Part shown: piece by piece, positions 16,919 to 23,565 of the stretch | How the letters are laid out: each line of letters starts with the position of its first letter | How positions within the stretch are numbered: the stretch's first letter is position 1 | NCBI RefSeq assembly: GCF_000803625.1 | Contig: NZ_CP007496.1 | Coordinates: 180,001-212,000 of the forward strand | From: Candidatus Nanosynbacter lyticus | GTDB taxonomy: Bacteria > Patescibacteriota > Saccharimonadia > Saccharimonadales > Saccharimonadaceae | Reading direction: 5' to 3' | DNA: 32,000 nucleotides | The notes under the pieces: model-generated | Database searches by the model: none | What the model saw: only the letters and a program-made list of their open reading frames with translations | What the model was told of the DNA's origin: nothing | Made by a program: the position numbers and the translations under genes

Positions 16919-18055
16919 ATGAAACTACGGTCCACCACACCAGTTTCGGTATCACTAGTCAGCAGAGCGTCTCTGGTGGCGATGTCTGTATTACTCGCTG
17001 GGTCGGGCGTTTTTGGCTTGGCATCGCACGTATTGGCGCGTGATTATAATGCCGAAATTCAAGCAAAGCAAAAGGAAGTAGACAGTTATAACTCTGAGGC
17101 TTCACGCCTGGGTCAGATGGCTGACAATCTGCAGTCAGAATTAGACAAGATTAATGGTCAGATTGCGGCTATTCAGGCGCAAATTGCTGATAGCCAGACA
17201 AAGATTAATAATCTAAATGAACAGATAAAAAAGAACGAAGCGTCTATTAAGCAAAATCGGAAGGCTATGGGTCGGATTTTAGCAGACCTATATGTTGACG
17301 ATCAGATTTCTCCGTTGGAGATGTTAGCCAGCTCAAATAATATTAGTGATTATATCGATAAGCAGGAGCAGCGAAGTTCATTAAAATCTTCTCTTAACGA
17401 TAAAATTAAAGAGATTAAATCTTTGCAGAAAAAGCTGGAAGAAAATAAGAAATCTGTCGAGAATACGTTACGCGATCAAGAATTACAACGCAACGCTATG
17501 GCTTCTAAGCAATCCGAGAAAGCAAAGCTTATCGCTGATACAAAGAATGACCAGAATAATTATGCTGCATTAGCACAAAAGCGTAATGCTGAAGTATCTA
17601 AGTTGCGTGAAGAGCAGGCCGCTGCTAACCGACGGGCTGTTGGTGGTGGGGTGTCTATCCCGGGCGGCATTCCAGGCGGTGGCGGTTATCCAGGTGCTTG
17701 GGCTAATGCACCACTTGACGCTTATGTTGACCCGTGGGGGTTATATACTCGCGAGTGTGTGAGTTATGTGGCTTGGAAGATTCACAGCACTGGTCGGTAT
17801 GTGCCTCACTTCGGCGGTGCGGGTAATGCTAATCAGTGGCCATCAACCGCCGCACGACACGGAATACCTAGCGGTTCAACTCCAAAAGTTGGATCAGCTG
17901 CTGTGATGAATATTGGTTATTATGGTCATGTTATGTATGTTGAGTCAGTAAATGGCGATGGTACGATTACTGTTAGCGACTACAACTTTGCCTGGGACGG
18001 CCTGTATCGGCATTACACGCGTTCGGCTTCAGGATTGACTTACGTCTACTTCTAG
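16919..18055 (+). CDS. secreted coiled-coil + CHAP-domain peptidoglycan hydrolase (PcsB-like architecture)
   Basis: The N-terminus is a signal/anchor (LVAMSVLLAGSGVFGLASHVLA). A heptad-rich coiled coil of about 200 aa follows, then a Gly-rich linker (GGGVSIPGGIPGGGGYPG). The C-terminal CHAP domain has a Cys in YTRECVSYVAWK and a His in YGHVMYVESV. Confidence 0.8.
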   Translation: MKLRSTTPVSVSLVSRASLVAMSVLLAGSGVFGLASHVLARDYNAEIQAKQKEVDSYNSEASRLGQMADNLQSELDKINGQIAAIQAQIADSQTKINNLNEQIKKNEASIKQNRKAMGRILADLYVDDQISPLEMLASSNNISDYIDKQEQRSSLKSSLNDKIKEIKSLQKKLEENKKSVENTLRDQELQRNAMASKQSEKAKLIADTKNDQNNYAALAQKRNAEVSKLREEQAAANRRAVGGGVSIPGGIPGGGGYPGAWANAPLDAYVDPWGLYTRECVSYVAWKIHSTGRYVPHFGGAGNANQWPSTAARHGIPSGSTPKVGSAAVMNIGYYGHVMYVESVNGDGTITVSDYNFAWDGLYRHYTRSASGLTYVYF

Positions 18056-18075
18056 ACATCTTATATATTTTACAA

Positions 18076-18101
18076 AACGCTCGTGCTAGGCGGGCGTTTT
18101 T
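18076..18101 (+). terminator. rho-independent terminator after the CHAP hydrolase gene
   Basis: An 8-bp stem AACGCTCG/CGGGCGTT (one G-U pair) with loop TGCTAGG runs into a T-tract. It abuts the ctpA -10 box. Confidence 0.6.
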
Positions 18102-18111
18102 GTAGTATAAT
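18101..18111 (+). promoter_or_regulatory. -10 region TGTAGTATAAT upstream of ctpA
   Basis: TATAAT lies at 18106-18111, 11 nt before ATG 18123. The identical 11-mer TGTAGTATAAT recurs at 30767-30777. Confidence 0.4.
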
Positions 18112-18122
18112 AAAAGAAGTAT

Positions 18123-19298
18123 ATGGTTACGGGAGAAAATAAACAGCGCCTGGGTTGGTTTTTAACGCTAATGATTGTAGCGACTATCAGTTTTGTTGCT
18201 GGGACGCGCTTTGATCAATTTTCTGCTTCAGTAGCGCCATTGTTTGGCGTTAGAATGTCGAGAGAAAAGATTGACTTATCAAGTGTTCAGGAGACGTATC
18301 GGCAGCTACTCGCAAATTATGACGGTAAACTAGACACCGAGAATCTTATCCATGGCGCCAGTCGAGGACTAGTGGCGGCAGCTGGAGACCAACATACTGC
18401 ATACATGGATCCAGATGAGACGAAGGAGTTTAAGAAATCTTTGAGTGGCGATATTGGTGGCGGAATTGGCGCGGAAATTGGTTCAAGGAACGGTAGGCCG
18501 ACTATCGTAAGACCTCTTGAGGGCAGCCCAGCTCAAAAGTCTGGCATTAAGGCGGGTGAAGTTATTATCAAAGTTAATGATGAAAACGTTTCTGACTGGG
18601 ATGTTGATAGGGTTGTTAGTAAAATTCGTGGTGAAGTCGGTACCTCTGTAAAGCTAACTTTGTTAAACAATGGTCATACTCGTGAAGTGTCAGTTGTACG
18701 CCAAAACATAACTTCGCCTGCCGTCGAATCAAAAATTGACGGGGAAATTGGCATATTGAAGGTGAGTCGGTTTGGCGATGATACGGCAAGCTTGGCTCGA
18801 AAATATGCTTCTGAATTTGTTGAAAAAGGTGTTAAGAAGGTTGTTCTAGACCTGCGCAATAATCCGGGCGGTACAGTTAGTGCGGCACAAGGATTATTGG
18901 GTCTTTGGCTAGATAAGCAAGTGGCGATGACTGAGCGGCGCGGTTCTGAAATTGTTAAGACTATTAATACAACTGGCTCGCCAATTCTGGGTAATATGAA
19001 GACTGTGGTGCTGATTAATGGCGGAAGTGCTAGCGCTAGCGAGATTGTCGCTGGGGCGCTCCGTGATTATGATAAAGCAAAGTTGGTCGGACAAAAGAGC
19101 TACGGTAAAGGTAGCGTTCAAATTGTAATAGGGCTGCCTGGCGGATCACAGATGAAAGTTACAGAAGCTCGTTGGTACACGCCAAAGGGTAGTAACATAG
19201 ATAAGACAGGTATAGAGCCTGATGTGAAGGTTGATTTATCTGCGGATGACATTAATAATAATCGTGATCCACAGATGGATAAGGCAAAATCGCTATAG
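18123..19298 (+). CDS. ctpA: S41 family C-terminal processing peptidase with PDZ domain
   Basis: It has an N-terminal TM anchor and a PDZ domain (GSPAQKSGIKAGEVIIKVNDENV). The catalytic Ser motif is GGSASASEIVAGAL, and a Lys lies in SYGKGSVQ. Confidence 0.9.
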   Translation: MVTGENKQRLGWFLTLMIVATISFVAGTRFDQFSASVAPLFGVRMSREKIDLSSVQETYRQLLANYDGKLDTENLIHGASRGLVAAAGDQHTAYMDPDETKEFKKSLSGDIGGGIGAEIGSRNGRPTIVRPLEGSPAQKSGIKAGEVIIKVNDENVSDWDVDRVVSKIRGEVGTSVKLTLLNNGHTREVSVVRQNITSPAVESKIDGEIGILKVSRFGDDTASLARKYASEFVEKGVKKVVLDLRNNPGGTVSAAQGLLGLWLDKQVAMTERRGSEIVKTINTTGSPILGNMKTVVLINGGSASASEIVAGALRDYDKAKLVGQKSYGKGSVQIVIGLPGGSQMKVTEARWYTPKGSNIDKTGIEPDVKVDLSADDINNNRDPQMDKAKSL

Positions 19299-19339
19299 AG
19301 CTTGTGTTTTTATGAGATACGACATAAAATGGAGGTAAG

Positions 19340-19723
19340 ATGAACGAGCAGAAAAAGAAGATTTTACTAGTTGAGGATGACATTGCACTATCTGCGGTGT
19401 ATAGGTCTCGGCTAGAAATTGAAGGTTTTGATGTTAGGGAGGCAAATAACGGCGAGGATGCACTGTCTGCAACTGTAGAATATCGCCCGGACTTAATTTT
19501 ATTGGATGTGATGATGCCGAAAATCAGTGGATTTGATGTTCTGGATATTCTACGTAATACTCCAGAAACCGCTAACGTAAGGATAATTATGCTAACGGCA
19601 CTTAGTCAGCCGAAGGATAAGGAGCGGGCCGAGAGTTTGGGGGTTGATGATTATTTGGTGAAATCTCAGGTTGTTATTGGTGACGTGGTAGCGCGCGTAA
19701 AGCACCATTTAGGTGTTAAATAG
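19340..19723 (+). CDS. single-domain response regulator (REC only, CheY-like)
   Basis: KKILLVEDD, the phospho-acceptor context DLILLDVMMPKISG, LTA and the conserved Lys in YLVKS are present. At 127 aa there is no output domain. The SD is GGAGG. Confidence 0.9.
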   Translation: MNEQKKKILLVEDDIALSAVYRSRLEIEGFDVREANNGEDALSATVEYRPDLILLDVMMPKISGFDVLDILRNTPETANVRIIMLTALSQPKDKERAESLGVDDYLVKSQVVIGDVVARVKHHLGVK

Positions 19724-19746
19724 AAATTATTTCAGTAAAAGCAAGC

Positions 19747-19775
19747 CAACCTCTGTTGGGGGGGGTTGACTTTTT
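19747..19775 (+). terminator. candidate rho-independent terminator after the REC gene; the 3' arm is formed by a G8 tract
   Basis: Stem CAACCTC (19747-19753) pairs with GGGGTTG (19762-19768) with one G-U pair and an 8-nt loop. It is followed by ACTTTTTGTTAGTTTTTT. Confidence 0.45.
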
Positions 19776-19794
19776 GTTAGTTTTTTGATATAAA
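19766..19794 (+). promoter_or_regulatory. promoter TTGACT-17 nt-TGaTATAAA driving the 19805-21949 cluster
   Basis: TTGACT lies at 19766-19771, the spacer is exactly 17 nt, and TATAAA lies at 19789-19794 preceded by TGa. ATG 19805 is 10 nt downstream. Confidence 0.5.
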
Positions 19795-19804
19795 ATAAAC
19801 ATAT

Positions 19805-20041
19805 ATGGAAAACTTAAAACCAACACAAAGCCACGAACAAGAACAACGAAAAACACTGGAAGATTATGTAGTTAAGACTTTTCCTGCTGATTTAGATGTT
19901 ACGACACGTCCATTAACTGTTATGCGCAGCGGCCAAGACGGAAAAGGTATCAGATATGATGGAGGCTGGATTCCTGGCGATATGTTGTGTGTATGCGACA
20001 CGGATTCTGAGGAAGGTATTAGCAGGCGTGAATTGTTTTGA
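19805..20041 (+). CDS. hypothetical protein (78 aa)
   Basis: This ORF lies directly behind a canonical promoter. I recognise no domain. Its stop overlaps the next ORF's start (TTGA). Confidence 0.45.
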   Translation: MENLKPTQSHEQEQRKTLEDYVVKTFPADLDVTTRPLTVMRSGQDGKGIRYDGGWIPGDMLCVCDTDSEEGISRRELF

Positions 20042-20346
20042 GAGTGCATAAACCAATTAAAATTAATGGAGAGTATGTTGTCGCAGAGAAGATCGTAGCG
20101 TTAAATATACTTCAGGGCCGAGAGGCGAATAAAGATTTTTCGGAATCCTATATTCAGGTGCGTTACGGAAAATCTACCGAGGAAATGCTTGAAGAGGGCG
20201 AAGAGGCCGCTAAAGATATTTGGAATCATAAGCATCCAGTTGATAATGAGCTTGAGTATTTGGCTCCAGAAGTGCGTCCGGAAAGCTTCAGTGATGGCTT
20301 AGCTGTAGAGAATATCTCTGACCATGAGAGACCTTCAGCGAAGTAA
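20038..20346 (+). CDS. hypothetical protein (102 aa), TTG or GTG (20044) start
   Basis: The ORF overlaps the stop of the previous ORF by 4 nt. I recognise no domain. It could be the 3' part of a gene split at a T4 run (20036-20039). Confidence 0.45.
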   Translation: MRVHKPIKINGEYVVAEKIVALNILQGREANKDFSESYIQVRYGKSTEEMLEEGEEAAKDIWNHKHPVDNELEYLAPEVRPESFSDGLAVENISDHERPSAK

Positions 20347-20355
20347 GTTAGTTCT

Positions 20356-21318
20356 ATGATGGGAAACGTGGCCAGTAAGGCCGCTGGAGTTAGAGAGCCA
20401 GTAGAGAAGAATAAGGTAGACACCAACGAGCCAGTTAGAGAGCCAGTGGAGACGGATAAGACTGGCGTCGGTTCACCAGTCTTGAAGATACCTGAACCGA
20501 CCATGGAGTTGATCAGGGCAACCGAAGTCAATGACTCAGTGGGTTTGCCAGCGGTTGAGCCAGCTGAAAAGCCAGCGGAGACAGATAAGGTAGGCGCTAA
20601 CCCAGCGTATTTAGTGGCAGCCGAACCATTTAAAAAGCCGGTAGAGGCGGATAAGGCAAGCACTGATTCAGTAAATTTGCCAGTAGCTAAATCGGTTGAA
20701 AACCCAGTGGTTGAAAAGTCGATGGAGACGAATGAAGCCAATACGGACATATTACCTGAGGACTTTAAGGTTGCGATTGACAGTTTTAAACAACTTACCG
20801 AAGATAATAATAATCAGTTTTTTGCAAAGGATAAATATATAACTGGAGAGCTGGATCGGCTTAGGGGGCTAATTAAATATAATCCAACGGCAATGAATAA
20901 TCCTGCGATCTCAGAGATGATAACATCTACGTCGGGTAGAGTTAGAGATCTTGAGGCTTCTAGGGCTGAGGCTGCGAATAAATTTAAGAATAATATAGAG
21001 AGTCTTCTGGAGAGTCTAAAAAGTAAGATTGAAAATGATGACGAGCGTAGGCGTCTGGTTAAGCTAACTGAGCATGTAGATCAGATGGGTGTGGATGACA
21101 GAGTTCTGGGTAAATTAACTAATAGCTTGTTGGATAAATTAATAAGAATAAGAAATAATATTGAGCAGTGGCAGAATGACAGATGGGGAGAGGAAACTTA
21201 TAAGAAGCAGATAACCCAGATGATTAACGAAATTATTGATAGCGATTTACCATCAGTTAATAGGCGTCGTCAGAGTATTTTAGAGGCTATCGAGGTGATT
21301 AAGGCTGCCGAGGGTTAA
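20356..21318 (+). CDS. hypothetical protein: N-terminal degenerate 15-aa tandem repeats + C-terminal alpha-helical region
   Basis: The 320-aa ORF contains repeats with the core P-[VA]-E-x-[DN]-K (REPVEKNK, REPVETDK, KPAETDK, KPVEADK). The C-terminal half is rich in heptad-like helices. It has no TM segment or signal peptide. Confidence 0.6.
   Translation: MMGNVASKAAGVREPVEKNKVDTNEPVREPVETDKTGVGSPVLKIPEPTMELIRATEVNDSVGLPAVEPAEKPAETDKVGANPAYLVAAEPFKKPVEADKASTDSVNLPVAKSVENPVVEKSMETNEANTDILPEDFKVAIDSFKQLTEDNNNQFFAKDKYITGELDRLRGLIKYNPTAMNNPAISEMITSTSGRVRDLEASRAEAANKFKNNIESLLESLKSKIENDDERRRLVKLTEHVDQMGVDDRVLGKLTNSLLDKLIRIRNNIEQWQNDRWGEETYKKQITQMINEIIDSDLPSVNRRRQSILEAIEVIKAAEG
20389..20478 (+). repeat. 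two tandem 45-bp coding repeats (degenerate copies continue to about 20748)
   Basis: Units 20389-20433 and 20434-20478 both begin GTTAGAGAGCCAGT(A/G)GAGA. They encode VREPVEKNKVDTNEP and VREPVETDKTGVGSP. Confidence 0.7.
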
Positions 21319-21322
21319 TAGA

Positions 21323-21949
21323 ATGATGTCAAGAGAAGGGTATTTGTCTGGCAGTAGAGATTCGTCCGTCGCTAATAGATGGGCGACTCTGGAGCAATGG
21401 CAGAAGGAAAATGATTTGAAGGAATTTTCGGAACGAACCAGAAAATTAATGGAGCCGATTAATCCTGAGTTGGTTGAGCTGTCGGAAAATAGTATAGAGT
21501 CTGCAGGGGGTGTTGTTGGTATTTTGTCATCCAATGATCCTAAGTTAGGGGAAATAGTTAACCCCGAGCGGATTTTTGATACTACGGAAATGGTTGATAA
21601 TCTCAGAGAGGATCATCTTACACGTTGTCGGTTGTTTGAATACCTTCAGGGTAAATTGGATGATCTGATAGAAGATAGCCCAGAGTCTTTGGCGAGTAGG
21701 GTTCTTCTTAATTCTGCTGGCAATTTGAAGTCACCGAATTTTAAGCAAGGTTATTACGGGGTTGAAAAAATGTTTAGTCGCGAATATGTTCTAGTATTGG
21801 CAATCGCTATGATGGATGGTACTTTCAATATAGATAGACAGGACAGTATGATTACACATTATAGGGGTGGCAAGGAGAGGAGTGGTATGCATAGGGACGG
21901 CGCGGTAGCTCTTCTCGAGAGCTTATTAAAAGACTCTGCTGAGAATTAA
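21323..21949 (+). CDS. hypothetical protein (208 aa)
   Basis: This ORF starts 5 nt after the previous stop, with GAGGG upstream. I recognise no domain and see no TM segment. Confidence 0.55.
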   Translation: MMSREGYLSGSRDSSVANRWATLEQWQKENDLKEFSERTRKLMEPINPELVELSENSIESAGGVVGILSSNDPKLGEIVNPERIFDTTEMVDNLREDHLTRCRLFEYLQGKLDDLIEDSPESLASRVLLNSAGNLKSPNFKQGYYGVEKMFSREYVLVLAIAMMDGTFNIDRQDSMITHYRGGKERSGMHRDGAVALLESLLKDSAEN

Positions 21950-21977
21950 AATAACCCCCGCATCTGGGGATTATTTT
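21944..21977. terminator. bidirectional hairpin terminator between the convergent ORF 21323-21949 and rpmA
   Basis: On the minus-strand RNA, TAATCCCC-agatgc-GGGGGTTA forms an 8-bp stem (one G-U pair) followed by TTTTAATT. On the plus strand the same hairpin has one C-A mismatch and is followed by TTTT. Confidence 0.55.
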
Positions 21978-21997
21978 AACAGTCTGTTTCTGTAACA

Positions 21998-22270
21998 TTA
22001 GAGAACAACGACTTGTGTTCGGCGCTCTGTTTTACCAGTAAATTTGGTTTTCTTAACCTGCTTAAAGCCAACCACACCGTCTTTTGCAGCGTGAATGGTA
22101 AAATTGCGGCTAACGTATGTACCGTCACCAGCAATCTTTGTGGCACCAGTTTGGCGGACTAAGACCTGTCCAGCAGTAACTTTTTGGCCACCAAATCGCT
22201 TCACGCCAAGACGTTGACCAGCATTGTTGTGGATGTTCTTACTAGAGCCGCCAGCTTTAACCTTTGACAT
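21998..22270 (-). CDS. rpmA: 50S ribosomal protein L27
   Basis: The L27 core AGQRLGVKRFGGQKVTAGQVLVRQTGATK is present. The AAGGAG SD (reverse complement of 22277-22282) lies 6 nt upstream. Confidence 0.9.
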   Translation of the reverse strand: MSKVKAGGSSKNIHNNAGQRLGVKRFGGQKVTAGQVLVRQTGATKIAGDGTYVSRNFTIHAAKDGVVGFKQVKKTKFTGKTERRTQVVVL

Positions 22271-22333
22271 TCTTTACTCCTTATAGTTTTCTAAAAACAA
22301 TCTGTTCTAGTTTATCGAAAATAAAGCCAGTTG

Positions 22334-23527
22334 TCAAGCGGTTTTAGTCATGTCTATGGGCTTTAATATCATAATTTCTCTGGCAACTACCTGATCTGGA
22401 CGATGATACAGGAGTTTTTTATCGGTAATTGGCTGATATCCAAGTTTGCTTAGGTTTTTTATCAGGGGCAAATGTGTAAATTGTCTATGTTGATTTTGCC
22501 AGGCAGGAACGGCTATACACAGCATCGATTCTGGGTGAATTTGATCATGTATGTTCTTCAAAAACTCACTAATAATATGATTACAATTTCCAACCACCTC
22601 TTTAAGCTTTGCGGGGCTGGGTGGGGCGGAGAAGGGTTGACCTAGGTATGTTTCGCAGACAATATGGGTAATTTGCTGTTTTTGCTCGGAGGTTAGTTTG
22701 ACCGAGGTGGCATCAGCTTGAAAAACTTGCCAGGCGGTATTTGTGAAAAAAGTCTTTTCCAGCCAGCGCATGTTTTCTGATGCGTAATCGACCATTTTAT
22801 CGCTGAGGTCGCTGCCGTAGGAGTTGATGCTGAGTAAGGTAGCTTCTTGGAGAACGGTTCCCGTACCGCAAAACGGATCCCAAAGGTAGTTTCCGGATTG
22901 AGCGCCGGATAAATTGATCATAATTTGCGCTAGCTTAGGCGGGAGCATTCCGACAAAAGCATCACGCTTTGGGCGCTCGCGATCGCGTTGGGCGTATGAA
23001 TTGATATTTTGAGTGCCACGACTTTCGGCTATCAAAAAATCTCCATTCATAGCTCTGACTATGATAATCTCAATCTTTGTTTCAGACCTACCAAGTTTAT
23101 TATTATGAGAGGTGGCCGTGGAGAGGGCGGCGGTTTTATTGGGAATTAGACGTAGGCTAACGCCAGATTTTTTTAGGGAATTTTTCAAAATAATTCCGAT
23201 TTTTTGGACGTTTCTCGGATCTGTTGTATTGCCATAAAAACTTATTCCAAGCGTTATTTTTTTCTGACTATTCGAAAGTTTTTTCGTGTATTTTTTAACA
23301 ATAATTTTTGACGCCTGGAGTAGGGTGTGATGGTCGGATTTTTGTGATCTTACGCGGCTTACGACGTGGCCACATTTGATTGTTCCGCCCAGGATATCAA
23401 CAGAAAAGTTATCGGAGTCGATTGTAGCAGCTTGACTAGAGATTTTTTTAACTTTTTCAGCGCCATAAACCGCCTCTAACTCGGCGATAGAGATTTCTGG
23501 TTGTCGGCCAAGGATAGCGATGAACAT
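22334..23527 (-). CDS. SAM-dependent methyltransferase, UPF0020/Trm11-like (probably an RNA methylase) with a noncanonical motif IV
   Basis: Motif I is WDPFCGTGTVLQEA, preceded by PPKLAQIMINL. The N-terminal domain of about 170 aa is THUMP-like (tentative). The position expected for (D/N)PPY reads CETYLG. Confidence 0.75.
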   Translation of the reverse strand: MFIAILGRQPEISIAELEAVYGAEKVKKISSQAATIDSDNFSVDILGGTIKCGHVVSRVRSQKSDHHTLLQASKIIVKKYTKKLSNSQKKITLGISFYGNTTDPRNVQKIGIILKNSLKKSGVSLRLIPNKTAALSTATSHNNKLGRSETKIEIIIVRAMNGDFLIAESRGTQNINSYAQRDRERPKRDAFVGMLPPKLAQIMINLSGAQSGNYLWDPFCGTGTVLQEATLLSINSYGSDLSDKMVDYASENMRWLEKTFFTNTAWQVFQADATSVKLTSEQKQQITHIVCETYLGQPFSAPPSPAKLKEVVGNCNHIISEFLKNIHDQIHPESMLCIAVPAWQNQHRQFTHLPLIKNLSKLGYQPITDKKLLYHRPDQVVAREIMILKPIDMTKTA

Positions 23528-23533
23528 ATCGTA

Positions 23534-23542
23534 ATTATACCA
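23534..23542 (-). promoter_or_regulatory. extended -10 TGgTATAAT (minus strand) 6 nt upstream of the methyltransferase ATG
   Basis: The reverse complement of 23534-23542 is TGGTATAAT. The gap is tacgat and the ATG is at 23527. Confidence 0.5.
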
Positions 23543-23549
23543 TTTATCG

Positions 23550-23558
23550 TGGTATAAT
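23550..23558 (+). promoter_or_regulatory. extended -10 TGgTATAAT 7 nt upstream of ATG 23566
   Basis: TGGTATAAT lies at 23550-23558. The longest-ORF ATG (23557) lies inside this box, and the next in-frame ATG is 23566. Confidence 0.5.
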
Positions 23559-23565
23559 GAAGGTT

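Noticed and set aside
20356-20379. N-myristoylation-like motif MGNVASK at the second Met of the 320-aa protein, suggesting a eukaryote-targeted effector
   Set aside because: The match is short and low-information. There is no evidence for a eukaryotic host or a secretion signal, so it is too speculative to report as a finding.
20389-20748. Possible CRISPR-like or non-coding repeat array
   Set aside because: The repeats are contiguous with no spacers. They are in frame within a long ORF, degenerate at third positions, and have no cas genes nearby.
20226-20750. 174-aa Ser/Thr/Gly-rich ORF on the minus strand
   Set aside because: It is the mirror image of the tandem-repeat coding region of ORF 20356. 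The sense strand has the better context: tight spacing in a co-directional operon and a continuing 320-aa frame.
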